DNA from: an uncultured Candidatus Saccharibacteria bacterium
GTDB lineage: Bacteria; Patescibacteriota; Minisyncoccia; UBA10092
Assembly (NCBI GenBank): GCA_964553885.1
Contig: CAZKLP010000001.1
Coordinates: 1-43,227, forward strand
Length of the DNA stretch: 43,227 bases
Reading direction: 5' to 3'
In this document: piece by piece, positions 34,044 to 43,057 of the stretch
Position numbering within the stretch: the stretch's first letter is position 1
Layout: each line of letters starts with the position of its first letter
Made by a program: the position numbers and the translations under genes
The notes under the pieces: generated by a model
Database searches by the model: none
The model's input: only the letters and a program-made list of their open reading frames with translations
Told to the model about the DNA's origin: nothing

Positions 34044-35885
34044 CTATCGATTCTTAGAATCGATAGTTTGATCTAAAAGATCTTCAACGCTTTTAATAAT
34101 GCCCTTAGGGATTATGCCGTGTTTTTTATTGTAGGCCAATTGAATCTCGCGGCGACCGTTGGTCTGCCTTATCGCCTCTTTAAGAGAGCCTGTTAAACTA
34201 TCGGCGTATAGAATAACTTTACCGTTTATATTTCTTGCCGCCCGGCCCATCGTTTGAATAAGCGAAACATCAGAGCGTAAAAACCCTTCTTTGTCGGCGT
34301 CTAAAATAGCAACCAGCGACACTTCCGGAAAATCAAGCCCTTCGCGCAAAAGATTAATGCCGACCAAAACATCAAAATCGCCTCTTCTGAAATCGGTTAA
34401 AATTTGGGCACGCTCCAGAGTTTTTATGTCGCTATGGATATATTTCGCTTTAATGCTGCGCGCCAATAAAAATTCCGAAAGTTCTTCGGCCATTTTTTTG
34501 GTTAAAGTCAAAGCTAAAACTCTCTCTTTTAAAACCGCTCTTTTTTTAATTTCCTTAATTAAATCGTCTATCTGGCTTATTTTATTTTTAATGTTGAAAA
34601 CCGGACGAATTTCAATCTCGGGATCAACCAAACCGGTCGGCCTGATTACGGCTTCAACTATTTTTTTAGAATTTTTTACTTCAAAATCACCCGGAGTCGC
34701 CGACGTAAAAACTATCTGGCCCACGCGCTCTTCAAATTCCTTAAAGTTAAGCGGGCGGTTATCCATGGCCGAAGGCAATCTGAAACCGTGCTGGACTAAA
34801 ATTCTTTTGCGGCTCTGATCGCCAGCGTACATTCCCCGAATCTGCGGTACGGCAATGTGAGATTCGTCAACGATAGTCAAGAATTTTTCCGGAACACCAA
34901 AATATTCCAAAAGGGTTGACGGCGCTTCTCCCGCCAGTTTTCCCGACAAATGGCGGGAATAATTTTCAACGCCATGGCAGTAGCCGATGGTTTTTATCAT
35001 TTCCAAATCATACTTGGTTCTGCGTTCAAGCCGCTCGGCTTCAAGCAGTAAACCGGATTTTGTTAAATGCGCCAATTTTTCTTTAAGCTCCGCTTTAATG
35101 TCTTTCATGGCGCGTTCTCTTTCCGGTTCGGTTGAAATAAAGTGCTTGGGCGGAAAAATAATCAGCTCTCTCTGCGGAATAAATTTGTTGCCTTCTTTAT
35201 CAAAATAATTAACAAGCGCTATACACTTGACTTTCTGATCTTTCAGTTCCACGCGATAAATAATTTCTTCACTCGCTGGCATAATTTCAAAAATATCGCC
35301 GCGGACGCGGAAAGCGCCTCGTTCGAGCGACCCCGACGTTCTTTCAAAATGAATTTTCACCAGTTGGCGAATTAGGTCGCCTCTCGTAATTGGCTTATCT
35401 ATTTGTAAATTAAGCGTCGCTCCAAAATATGTTTCCGGAACGCCGAGATTGTAAATACAGGAAACCGAAGCGACAATAATAACGTCTTTTCTTGTCATTA
35501 AGGCACTGGTGGCAAAATGGCGCAGACGATCAATTTCCTCGTTTATCATTGCTTCTTTATCTATATATGTATCGGTTACGGGAATATAGGCCTCCGGCTG
35601 GTAGTAATCGTAGTAAGAAACGAAGTAGCAAACCTTGTTTTTTGGAAAAAAGTTTTTGTATTCGGAGTAAAGCTGGGCGGCCAAAGTTTTATTGGGCGCT
35701 ATAACTAAAATCGGCTTGCCGATTTTTTCTATGACATTTGCCATAATAAACGTTTTGCCGCTTCCGGTTACGCCGCGAAGCGCCTGATAGCGGTTTCCCG
35801 TTTTAATACTTTCTATAATTTCTCTTATAGCATTCGGTTGATCGCCCGCCGGTTTAAATTGTGATACGAGTTTAAACTTAGACAT
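34044..35885 (-). CDS. uvrB: Excinuclease ABC subunit B (613 aa, no C-terminal UVR domain seen)
   Basis: GVTGSGKTF, DESH, beta-hairpin region YYDYYQPEAY, helicase motifs V and VI. Confidence 0.95.
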   Translation of the reverse strand: MSKFKLVSQFKPAGDQPNAIREIIESIKTGNRYQALRGVTGSGKTFIMANVIEKIGKPILVIAPNKTLAAQLYSEYKNFFPKNKVCYFVSYYDYYQPEAYIPVTDTYIDKEAMINEEIDRLRHFATSALMTRKDVIIVASVSCIYNLGVPETYFGATLNLQIDKPITRGDLIRQLVKIHFERTSGSLERGAFRVRGDIFEIMPASEEIIYRVELKDQKVKCIALVNYFDKEGNKFIPQRELIIFPPKHFISTEPERERAMKDIKAELKEKLAHLTKSGLLLEAERLERRTKYDLEMIKTIGYCHGVENYSRHLSGKLAGEAPSTLLEYFGVPEKFLTIVDESHIAVPQIRGMYAGDQSRKRILVQHGFRLPSAMDNRPLNFKEFEERVGQIVFTSATPGDFEVKNSKKIVEAVIRPTGLVDPEIEIRPVFNIKNKISQIDDLIKEIKKRAVLKERVLALTLTKKMAEELSEFLLARSIKAKYIHSDIKTLERAQILTDFRRGDFDVLVGINLLREGLDFPEVSLVAILDADKEGFLRSDVSLIQTMGRAARNINGKVILYADSLTGSLKEAIRQTNGRREIQLAYNKKHGIIPKGIIKSVEDLLDQTIDSKNR

Positions 35886-35982
35886 ACAGCTAAACGCCCC
35901 CGTTTTAAAATGCTGGGGGGTAAGTGATTTATTTAATTGCCTTAATTATACTAAATCTTAGTAAATTGTCAAATTTAAAAAT

Positions 35983-36004
35983 AAAAAAACCGCCTATTGG
36001 CGGT
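35983..36004 (-). terminator. Intrinsic terminator of the 36015-36572 gene
   Basis: Minus strand reads ACCGCC-AAUA-GGCGGU, followed by UUUUUUU. Confidence 0.7.
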
Positions 36005-36014
36005 GAATTTTAAC

Positions 36015-36572
36015 TTATCTTTCATTTGGCTTTCTAGGGCCGTTAACTCCCGAAATCCCGCAACGAAGCCAAACTGCTTTAATTTTCTCCGATTTAATTT
36101 CCATCGGCGGCATAATAACTAAATACTTATCGCAATCGTAAGTTTTCATATCTTGTTTTTTTATCGCTTCAGAAATAAAGCCGTCAATAAATTCAAAACC
36201 TTTAATATTAACGAAGCCCATTCCATAATCCACAAAGATAACCATCTTATCGGAAAAAGGAGAAAGCGCTTTTAATTCTTTGAACTGTAAACTATTAATT
36301 GCCATTCCAAGAAGTTTGGCCCACTCTGTTTCTTTAATCACCGCGTCATTCGCGATTAATCTTTGTAAATAATTCTCGCAATTATCTCCTAAATTAGTTC
36401 TATCGCCCCAAAATCCACGCCTTACAAAGTCAACCGATTCTGCCGCTTCAATTGCAATCTTCAGGGTATCCGAATTGGGGTTTTTAACATATTCCTTCAC
36501 TTTAATTAAAAAAAATCCGAAACGCCACCCGCGCTCTTCGTCTCTCACAATGTCGGTTAATCCATCGCTCAT
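36015..36572 (-). CDS. Hypothetical protein (185 aa), no recognisable domain
   Basis: Clean ORF with its own terminator. No motif that I can place. Confidence 0.5.
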   Translation of the reverse strand: MSDGLTDIVRDEERGWRFGFFLIKVKEYVKNPNSDTLKIAIEAAESVDFVRRGFWGDRTNLGDNCENYLQRLIANDAVIKETEWAKLLGMAINSLQFKELKALSPFSDKMVIFVDYGMGFVNIKGFEFIDGFISEAIKKQDMKTYDCDKYLVIMPPMEIKSEKIKAVWLRCGISGVNGPRKPNER

Positions 36573-36686
36573 TTTTGACCTCCGATTATATATAAAAAGA
36601 ACAAAATCTAAAGTAGCTATAAATTAACACAAATTTATAAGCCATGTCAAATAGTAAAATTTTTAAGAAATATCTATAATAATTCT

Positions 36687-37316
36687 ATGATGGAAAATCG
36701 GACTGAACAAATGAAAAAAATAAAAGACGAGGTTGTAAGCGCGAAAGATTCGCCGCTTTATAGTTTCCGCGTTAAAAACAAATATTTTCCGGTAATCGGC
36801 GAAGGAAGCCATAACGCCAAAATAATGTTTATCGGCGAGGCGCCGGGAAGAAACGAAGCGGAAACTGGCCGGCCATTTTGCGGGGCGTCTGGAAGAGTTT
36901 TAGACGAGCTTTTGCGATCAATCGATACAAAGCGCAGTGAAATCTACATAACCAACGTTGTTAAAGATCGCCCGCCTATGAACCGCGATCCAATGCCTAA
37001 CGAAATAGAATTTTACGCGCCATTTTTAGACCAGCAAATTGAAATAATAAAACCGGAAGTAATAGCAACGCTCGGCAGATTTTCCATGGCTTATATAATG
37101 AAAAAATTCGGCCTTGAATCCGAACTTTCCGCCCAAGGCAGATCCGCCTCTGGCGGAAAATCTATAAGTCAAATTCACGGGAAAGTTTTTACTGTTGAAA
37201 CTTCTTACGGCAATATTAAAATAATTCCATTGTATCACCCCGCCGTCGCTGTCTACGGCACAAACAAAGAAATCCTCAAAAAAGATTTTAAAGTTTTGAA
37301 GGAATTTATAAAATAA
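36687..37316 (+). CDS. Uracil-DNA glycosylase, family 4
   Basis: FIGEAPGRNEAETGRPFCGASG and the C-terminal HP motif. TATAAT at 36675-36680 puts the transcription start on the ATG. Confidence 0.85.
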   Translation: MMENRTEQMKKIKDEVVSAKDSPLYSFRVKNKYFPVIGEGSHNAKIMFIGEAPGRNEAETGRPFCGASGRVLDELLRSIDTKRSEIYITNVVKDRPPMNRDPMPNEIEFYAPFLDQQIEIIKPEVIATLGRFSMAYIMKKFGLESELSAQGRSASGGKSISQIHGKVFTVETSYGNIKIIPLYHPAVAVYGTNKEILKKDFKVLKEFIK

Positions 37317-37326
37317 ACATCCGACC

Positions 37327-39150
37327 TTACATCCCGCCCTTTCTTTTGACGCGGACACGGTCAAGTTCGGTTAAAGTTTGTTTTCTTAAGCGGATGCTTT
37401 TGGGCGCCACTTCGAGATATTCATCGTCGCCGACAATTTCAAGTCCCCTTTCAAGGGTAATTTCAAGCGGCGGAGTTAACACAATAGCTTCATCAGAGCT
37501 CTTTGACCGCATATTGGTAAGATTTTTTCCTTTGGTCGGATTTACGGCCATATCGTTGCCTTTCGCAGTATTGCCGATAACCATGCCTTCATAAACTTCG
37601 GTGCCGGCGCCGATATAAAGCGTTCCCCTTTCCTGAAGATTCCACAACGAATAGCCAAGCGCCTTGCCACTCGCCATTGAAACCATTGATCCAAAAACTC
37701 GCTTATCAATATCTCCGGCAAACGGCCTAAACCCTATTACCCGGCTGTAGATAATGCCTTCGCCTTTCGTGTCTATCACAAAATCGCCCCGATATCCCAA
37801 TAACCCGCGGGTGGGAATTTCAAAAACTATTTTAGTGTGATTCTCTTCCGGATCAACGCTTATCATAGTTCCCCTTCTTTTCGCCATTTTTTCTATAACA
37901 GCGCCCATCATTCCGTTTGGAATATCTATAATAACTTCTTCAAACGGCTCCAGTTTTGCTTGCTCCGAAGGACCGTCCTTAAAAATAACATGGGGCTTGG
38001 ATACCTGAAGTTCATAACCTTCGCGCCTCATGTTTTCTAAAAGTATCGCGATATGCAATTCGCCCCGGCCGTAAACTTTAAAATAATCGCCGGGTGAAAA
38101 ATCAATTTTGAGCCCCACGTTCACTTCAAGTTCCCGCTCCAGCCTGTCCCGCAACTGGCGGCTAGTGACAAACTTGCTTTCCCGCCCGGAAAACGGAGAA
38201 TTATTAACCAAAAAATTCAGAGAAATAGTCGGCTCATCAATATTAATCGCCGGCAAAGCTTCTTGCGCGGAATCGGCGCAAATCGTTTCGCCGATAAAAA
38301 TATCGGGCAAACCCGCGATCATAACGATATCTCCGGCAACCGCTTCCGCGACTTCTTTTCTTTTGAGACCCTCAAAGGTAAAAATTTTGTTTATTTTACC
38401 GGTTCTTGTTTCTCCGGAAATATTTTTTATAAACACATTGCTGCCGATTTTAATAACGCCTTCGTAAATCCTGCCTATCGCCATGCGTCCCATAAAATTA
38501 TCGTAAGCCAAATTAAACGGCTGAACCCTTAACGGTTTTTTATTAAGTTCTTCCGACGACGCTTCTGGCACTTCTTTGAGTATCATTTCAAGAAGCGGGG
38601 TAAGGTCTTTTGAATCGTCTGCTAAATTAACTTTGGCAATGCCGTCTTTAGCCACCGCGTAAATCACGGAAAAATTAAGCTGGTTTTCATTAGCGCCCAA
38701 ATCCATAAAAAGCTCCATCACTTTTTCATGAACCCAGTCGGGCCTTGCCGCCGGTTTGTCTATTTTATTTATAACCACAATCGGTTTTAAACCGAGTTCT
38801 AAAGATTTTTTTAAAACGAATTTGGTCTGGGGCATCGGCCCCTCCTGCGCGTCAACAACCAAAAGCACCGAATCAATTGAACGCAAAACACGTTCCACCT
38901 CCGAACCGAAATCGGCATGTCCCGGAGTGTCCACTATGTTTATTTTTGTTATGGAACGCCCCGAGTTTGCTAATGGATAAAAAATAGAAGCGTTTTTTGA
39001 GTAAATAGTAATGCCGCGCTCAAGTTCTAAAGCGTTTGAATCCATGCTCACGCCTTCTTCCACCATTCCCGTTTGGCGCATTAAAGCGTCGGTTAAAGCG
39101 GTTTTGCCGTGGTCAACATGGGCGATAATAGCGATGTTTCTGATTATCAT
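37327..39150 (-). CDS. typA: Translational GTPase TypA/BipA
   Basis: [27 protein letters not shown], and the EF-G-like domain order. Start moved to MIIRNIA (39150). Confidence 0.9.
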   Translation of the reverse strand: MIIRNIAIIAHVDHGKTALTDALMRQTGMVEEGVSMDSNALELERGITIYSKNASIFYPLANSGRSITKINIVDTPGHADFGSEVERVLRSIDSVLLVVDAQEGPMPQTKFVLKKSLELGLKPIVVINKIDKPAARPDWVHEKVMELFMDLGANENQLNFSVIYAVAKDGIAKVNLADDSKDLTPLLEMILKEVPEASSEELNKKPLRVQPFNLAYDNFMGRMAIGRIYEGVIKIGSNVFIKNISGETRTGKINKIFTFEGLKRKEVAEAVAGDIVMIAGLPDIFIGETICADSAQEALPAINIDEPTISLNFLVNNSPFSGRESKFVTSRQLRDRLERELEVNVGLKIDFSPGDYFKVYGRGELHIAILLENMRREGYELQVSKPHVIFKDGPSEQAKLEPFEEVIIDIPNGMMGAVIEKMAKRRGTMISVDPEENHTKIVFEIPTRGLLGYRGDFVIDTKGEGIIYSRVIGFRPFAGDIDKRVFGSMVSMASGKALGYSLWNLQERGTLYIGAGTEVYEGMVIGNTAKGNDMAVNPTKGKNLTNMRSKSSDEAIVLTPPLEITLERGLEIVGDDEYLEVAPKSIRLRKQTLTELDRVRVKRKGGM

Positions 39151-39191
39151 TGAATTTTTAGCGATACTTATCCTGAGTTTTGTCGAAGGAT

Positions 39192-39213
39192 AAAAAATTG
39201 GCCAACCGGCCAA
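39192..39213 (-). terminator. Intrinsic terminator after the exonuclease gene
   Basis: TTGGCC-(4 nt)-GGCCAA stem flanked by A6/T6 runs (bidirectional shape). Confidence 0.65.
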
Positions 39214-39251
39214 AAAATACTTTCGTATAATAATACAAAAAGTATTTAAAG

Positions 39252-39779
39252 TCAAATAAGTTTTCGAAAAACCGCAAGAGCGGTTTCGGCGCCGTTTAGC
39301 GCCCTGTGAACCTCGGGTTCTGGAGGCACTCCGAAAAATTCGGCGACAGCTTTTAAATTGAAACGTTCAAGTTTATTACCGCCCGCGGCCCACGCCAAAG
39401 TCATAATATCAAAACGGTGATAATCCATTAAATTTGGAGTGTCGGTTATCCGAAAAGCATTTTTTATAAAAGCCCAATCAAAACTGACGTTGAAAGCGGT
39501 AAAAATGGCATCTTTAGTTTTCTCTGAAAATTCTGACATCACTTCAGTAAGTTCCCGCGCGTCTTTCCAGTCATTCTCGTTATAACCATTTCTTTCTATT
39601 GCGGCCGGAATCGCGGTTTCAATATGATGCGGTTTTATCAGCCAATTGCCCGAATTAATTACCTCTAAATCTTTTTGACGAACCAATAAAAGCCCGATTT
39701 CCAATATTTCGTGCTTTAATTCGTCGTCTCCAGTCGTTTCAATATCAACTACTGCTAGTAGTCTCTCTCTAAAATCCAT
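39252..39779 (-). CDS. DEDD-type 3'-5' exonuclease (DnaQ-like)
   Basis: VVDIETTG (Exo I), FNVSFDWAF (Exo II), C-terminal H....(A/D) region (Exo III-like). Confidence 0.7.
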   Translation of the reverse strand: MDFRERLLAVVDIETTGDDELKHEILEIGLLLVRQKDLEVINSGNWLIKPHHIETAIPAAIERNGYNENDWKDARELTEVMSEFSEKTKDAIFTAFNVSFDWAFIKNAFRITDTPNLMDYHRFDIMTLAWAAGGNKLERFNLKAVAEFFGVPPEPEVHRALNGAETALAVFRKLI

Positions 39780-40745
39780 TTATTTTGTTTTTTGTATTAG
39801 CCTGTAGAGTTCCGGGTCTATGGTCCTTTCAAAACAAGAATAACCGGCGGCGTGATTCCAATTGGATTCGCTTGAAGGATAATATTGCGGAGGATATGTA
39901 GGAAGTTCAATAGAGGGTTTGCCGCTTTCTAAACTCGGCAGATTGAAATTGGCGCAAAGCGCGAATTCCAAGTTACCTTTGATTTCATATATATAATCGG
40001 CGCCGGTTTGCGGATCTTTTCCGGGGTTAAATCCGCTTATTGGGTCTTTCAAATCATTAAGCGTCGTGGGGAGTTTTTCTTTGTTTTGCCAATAATAAAT
40101 AATCTGTCCTTGAACAATCTGAAGATCGGAAACCCTTTGGTCGTCAAAACGGCGCGAGCGCTCCTGCCGCGGCGAACCGACGAGGAAAAATCCGGCAACA
40201 ACCGCGACTCCTACAATAGCGATAACCGCGTAGATAAAAACTTTTTTAGCCATTTCGGAAATTTTATCCCAATTCTTCAATTCCCAAAAATAATAAAAGA
40301 AAACGGAAGCGGCAACAAAGAAAACCGCCGCGATTTTTAAAACGAATCGCGAAGTGATATCGCCGTCTAAAAAGTTGTAAATCAGCGTTACCAAATCCCC
40401 TATTATAATCAGAGCAGCGGCAAAAACCGTGAAATTCAAAAGCCACTTGCGAATCCGTAAATTGCGCTTTTCCGGTTCTAAAAAATAAATTTTATTAAGA
40501 TAATATACCGCACAAGCGTAAACCGGGAAAATGACGATAAGAGAAGAAATGGACCACCTGATGGAACTGTAATAGCTCTGAAGCTGATAGTAACCGCGCT
40601 CTAATAAATCGGGAATTAAAACGTTGATATATTGAAAAAGCATAACCAAAAAAGCCGCGGCGCTCGCGTAAAGCGCGATAATAGCCAAAAGATGGAGAAA
40701 AACGTCTTTGGGTTCCGTTTTTATTTTTATTTCCATGTTATCCAT
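39780..40745 (-). CDS. Polytopic membrane protein (DUF5671-like N-terminal domain)
   Basis: PKDVFLHLL...LY...FQYIN opening and 5-6 TM helices. Family assignment is from memory. Confidence 0.55.
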   Translation of the reverse strand: MDNMEIKIKTEPKDVFLHLLAIIALYASAAAFLVMLFQYINVLIPDLLERGYYQLQSYYSSIRWSISSLIVIFPVYACAVYYLNKIYFLEPEKRNLRIRKWLLNFTVFAAALIIIGDLVTLIYNFLDGDITSRFVLKIAAVFFVAASVFFYYFWELKNWDKISEMAKKVFIYAVIAIVGVAVVAGFFLVGSPRQERSRRFDDQRVSDLQIVQGQIIYYWQNKEKLPTTLNDLKDPISGFNPGKDPQTGADYIYEIKGNLEFALCANFNLPSLESGKPSIELPTYPPQYYPSSESNWNHAAGYSCFERTIDPELYRLIQKTK

Positions 40746-40746
40746 A

Positions 40747-41196
40747 TTATTTTGACTCCTCTATATTTTTAATTTTAATTAAACGCCTTTCGTATTTTTC
40801 AAGCCTGGCGTGCGGAGTTTCAAGCCACACTTTTACAATTTCTTTCGCTTTATCTTCGGCGATAAAATCGGAAGCGAACGATAATACATTCGTATTATCA
40901 TCATTACGGCTGGCTCTTGCCTGGCCTTCGTCAAAACAAAGCGCCGAACGAACATCTTTAAATTTATTAGCGACAATATCAACGCCAATGCCTGAACCGC
41001 AAATCAAAATACCGAGATTTTCTTTTGGATTTTCAGAGACTTTTTTAGCGACCAGAATGGCATAATCCGGATAATCGTCGTCAATATTAATTTCAAAAGC
41101 CCCCAAGTCTTCAAAATTAAAATTTAACTCTTTAAGATAAATTTTAAGAGCTTCTTTTAATTTGTATCCGCGATGGTCCGCTCCAATGTATATCAT
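40747..41196 (-). CDS. rpiB: Ribose-5-phosphate isomerase B
   Basis: IGADHRGY.LK...ICGSGIG..I.ANK. Confidence 0.9.
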   Translation of the reverse strand: MIYIGADHRGYKLKEALKIYLKELNFNFEDLGAFEINIDDDYPDYAILVAKKVSENPKENLGILICGSGIGVDIVANKFKDVRSALCFDEGQARASRNDDNTNVLSFASDFIAEDKAKEIVKVWLETPHARLEKYERRLIKIKNIEESK

Positions 41197-41208
41197 AAAA
41201 TTTTTGAA

Positions 41209-41311
41209 ATCTAAATGAAAATAAATTTTTTAAAATCGTAGGTGGGGGCGAGCCGTTCGCCGAAGGCGAATGGGGCTAAGCGATTTTAAAAAAATTTATT
41301 TTCATTTAGAT
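41209..41311. repeat. 30-bp AT-rich inverted repeat bracketing a 42-nt GC-rich core
   Basis: Left arm 41209-41238, right arm 41281-41311 (one extra A). Core is TAGGTGGGGGCGAGCCGTTCGCCGAAGGCGAATGGGGCTAAG. The right arm overlaps the stop codon of the upstream gene. Confidence 0.75.
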
Positions 41312-41946
41312 AATTTAAAACTGCTTAACATCATCTCAAAAGTTTGCGTGTCGCCGGCTATGTCTTCAGCGCTAGTCATTATGTCAAGCCGCCCCAAATC
41401 CTGCAGCCAGTTATAACGCCCGTTTTGAGGAAAAAGCAGCCAAAGACGGCGGCCGTCTTTAAGAATATATTGAACCTGAACGCCCGGAGATCCGCCGATA
41501 TAGGCTTCGCTGGAAGTACCTTGTGTTTCTAATCCGTAACTTAAGCCGTCGCGAGGTAAGATAGAAAAACGCAAAGTACTATTTGGTTTTTTAAAATAAA
41601 ATTCTTTTACCATTTCGCCTCTGACATTTTCATTAATTTCTTCGGTAACGGTCCAAGAAACCGGATGCTGAATTTCAAATCCGAATTCGGCGTTTTTATA
41701 AACTTTGAAGCCGGGAAATATTTGAGGAGCGGGCGGTTTAACTTCTTTTGGCGAAATGACCTGAATTTCTTTTGGACTTTTAATAGGCAAATTTTCTAAC
41801 GGTAATTTAGTTTCTTTCACCGGTTCTCCGGCGATTTCTGCCGGCGCTTCTTTAAAATAAAACTTTTGAAACCCGAAATAAACACCGACAATAATTAAAA
41901 CCGAGACGATTAAAACTATCGCAATAATTTTTGTTTTCTGGGTCAT
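41302..41946 (-). CDS. Hypothetical membrane-anchored/secreted protein
   Basis: TM helix (IIAIVLIVSVLIIVGVYF), Pro/Lys-rich linker, beta-rich C-terminal part. Start moved to MTQKTK (41946). Confidence 0.5.
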   Translation of the reverse strand: MTQKTKIIAIVLIVSVLIIVGVYFGFQKFYFKEAPAEIAGEPVKETKLPLENLPIKSPKEIQVISPKEVKPPAPQIFPGFKVYKNAEFGFEIQHPVSWTVTEEINENVRGEMVKEFYFKKPNSTLRFSILPRDGLSYGLETQGTSSEAYIGGSPGVQVQYILKDGRRLWLLFPQNGRYNWLQDLGRLDIMTSAEDIAGDTQTFEMMLSSFKLSK

Positions 41947-42959
41947 AATAAATTGCGAACCATTAAGACATGTTTTAAAAGCATTGAAGCGTAACCCCAT
42001 TCGTTGTCGTACCATGCCATAACTTTTACGAGATCCCTGTCAATAACCCGAGTCATCGCGAGATCAATAACGGAACCGTGCGGATTTTTTATGATGTCCG
42101 ACGAAACCAGCGGCTCCTCTGAAACCGATAAAATTTCCTGCCATTGTTTTTCCTTCGCCGCTTTCTTAAAAATATCGTTTATTTCTTCTACTGAAGTCGG
42201 CCTGGCGGAAACAAAAGTGAAATCCATTATTGAGCCGCAAACAACCGGGACGCGCAGTGAAATGCCGTCAAATTTGCCGGCGAGAGACGGCAATGCCTTA
42301 GTTGCCGCTATAGCGGCGCCGGTTGTTGAAGGCACGATATTTAAAGCGGCGGCGCGAGCGCGGCGAAAATCGTCTTTTTTATCGGGACCATCAACAAGTC
42401 CTTGAGATGCCGTATAAGCGTGAATCGTGTTTAAAATGGCTTTTTTTATTCCCGGATCAGCCCCCATAACCGCCATTACCGGAGTTGCCGCGTTAGTGGT
42501 GCAGGAAGCGTTTGAAGTGATTTTATCAAGCTTTAAAAATTCTTCGCCAACATTTGGGGTAGCGGTCGGCGTTAATTCGTCTTTTGCCGGAGCGGTAATG
42601 ATTACCCTTTTGGCCCCGGCGTCAAGATGAGGGACGGCTTTATCTCGCGATTCAAAAACTCCTGTTGATTCCACAACGATGTCAATATCTAAGTCTTTCC
42701 AAGGCAATCTGCCTGGTTCTTTTTCCTGAAGAATTTTAATTTCTTTGCTGTCAACAACCAGATTACCGTTTTTAGCCTCAACCGATTTTTCATACTGCCC
42801 GTAAACTGTATCGTATTTTAAAAGATAGGCCATATTTTCCGGCGCGCCCAAATCGTTTATCGCCACAAATTCCAGTTCCGGATGGCCAAAAGCGTAACGG
42901 AAAAAAATCCGCCCGATACGGCCAAAACCGTTAATAGCTATGCGTGTTTTTTTATTCAT
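41943..42959 (-). CDS. gap: Glyceraldehyde-3-phosphate dehydrogenase
   Basis: INGFGRIGR, SNASCTTN, WYDNEWGY. Confidence 0.9.
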   Translation of the reverse strand: MNKKTRIAINGFGRIGRIFFRYAFGHPELEFVAINDLGAPENMAYLLKYDTVYGQYEKSVEAKNGNLVVDSKEIKILQEKEPGRLPWKDLDIDIVVESTGVFESRDKAVPHLDAGAKRVIITAPAKDELTPTATPNVGEEFLKLDKITSNASCTTNAATPVMAVMGADPGIKKAILNTIHAYTASQGLVDGPDKKDDFRRARAAALNIVPSTTGAAIAATKALPSLAGKFDGISLRVPVVCGSIMDFTFVSARPTSVEEINDIFKKAAKEKQWQEILSVSEEPLVSSDIIKNPHGSVIDLAMTRVIDRDLVKVMAWYDNEWGYASMLLKHVLMVRNLL

Positions 42960-42971
42960 ATTTATAATTTA

Positions 42972-42999
42972 AGTATAAGCAGTTAGCAACAAAAGTCAA
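42972..42999 (-). promoter_or_regulatory. Candidate promoter for gap
   Basis: Minus strand: TTGACT (42999-42994), 16-nt spacer, TATACT (42977-42972). ATG at 42959 implies a leader of about 6 nt. Confidence 0.5.
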
Positions 43000-43029
43000 A
43001 CTACTATATTTGCTTGTGGATATTGGGTA

Positions 43030-43057
43030 TTGACATGGTTTGTGGGGGTGATATAAT
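43030..43057 (+). promoter_or_regulatory. Near-consensus extended -10 promoter
   Basis: TTGACA (43030-43035), 16-nt spacer, TG-a-TATAAT (43049-43057). Confidence 0.55.
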
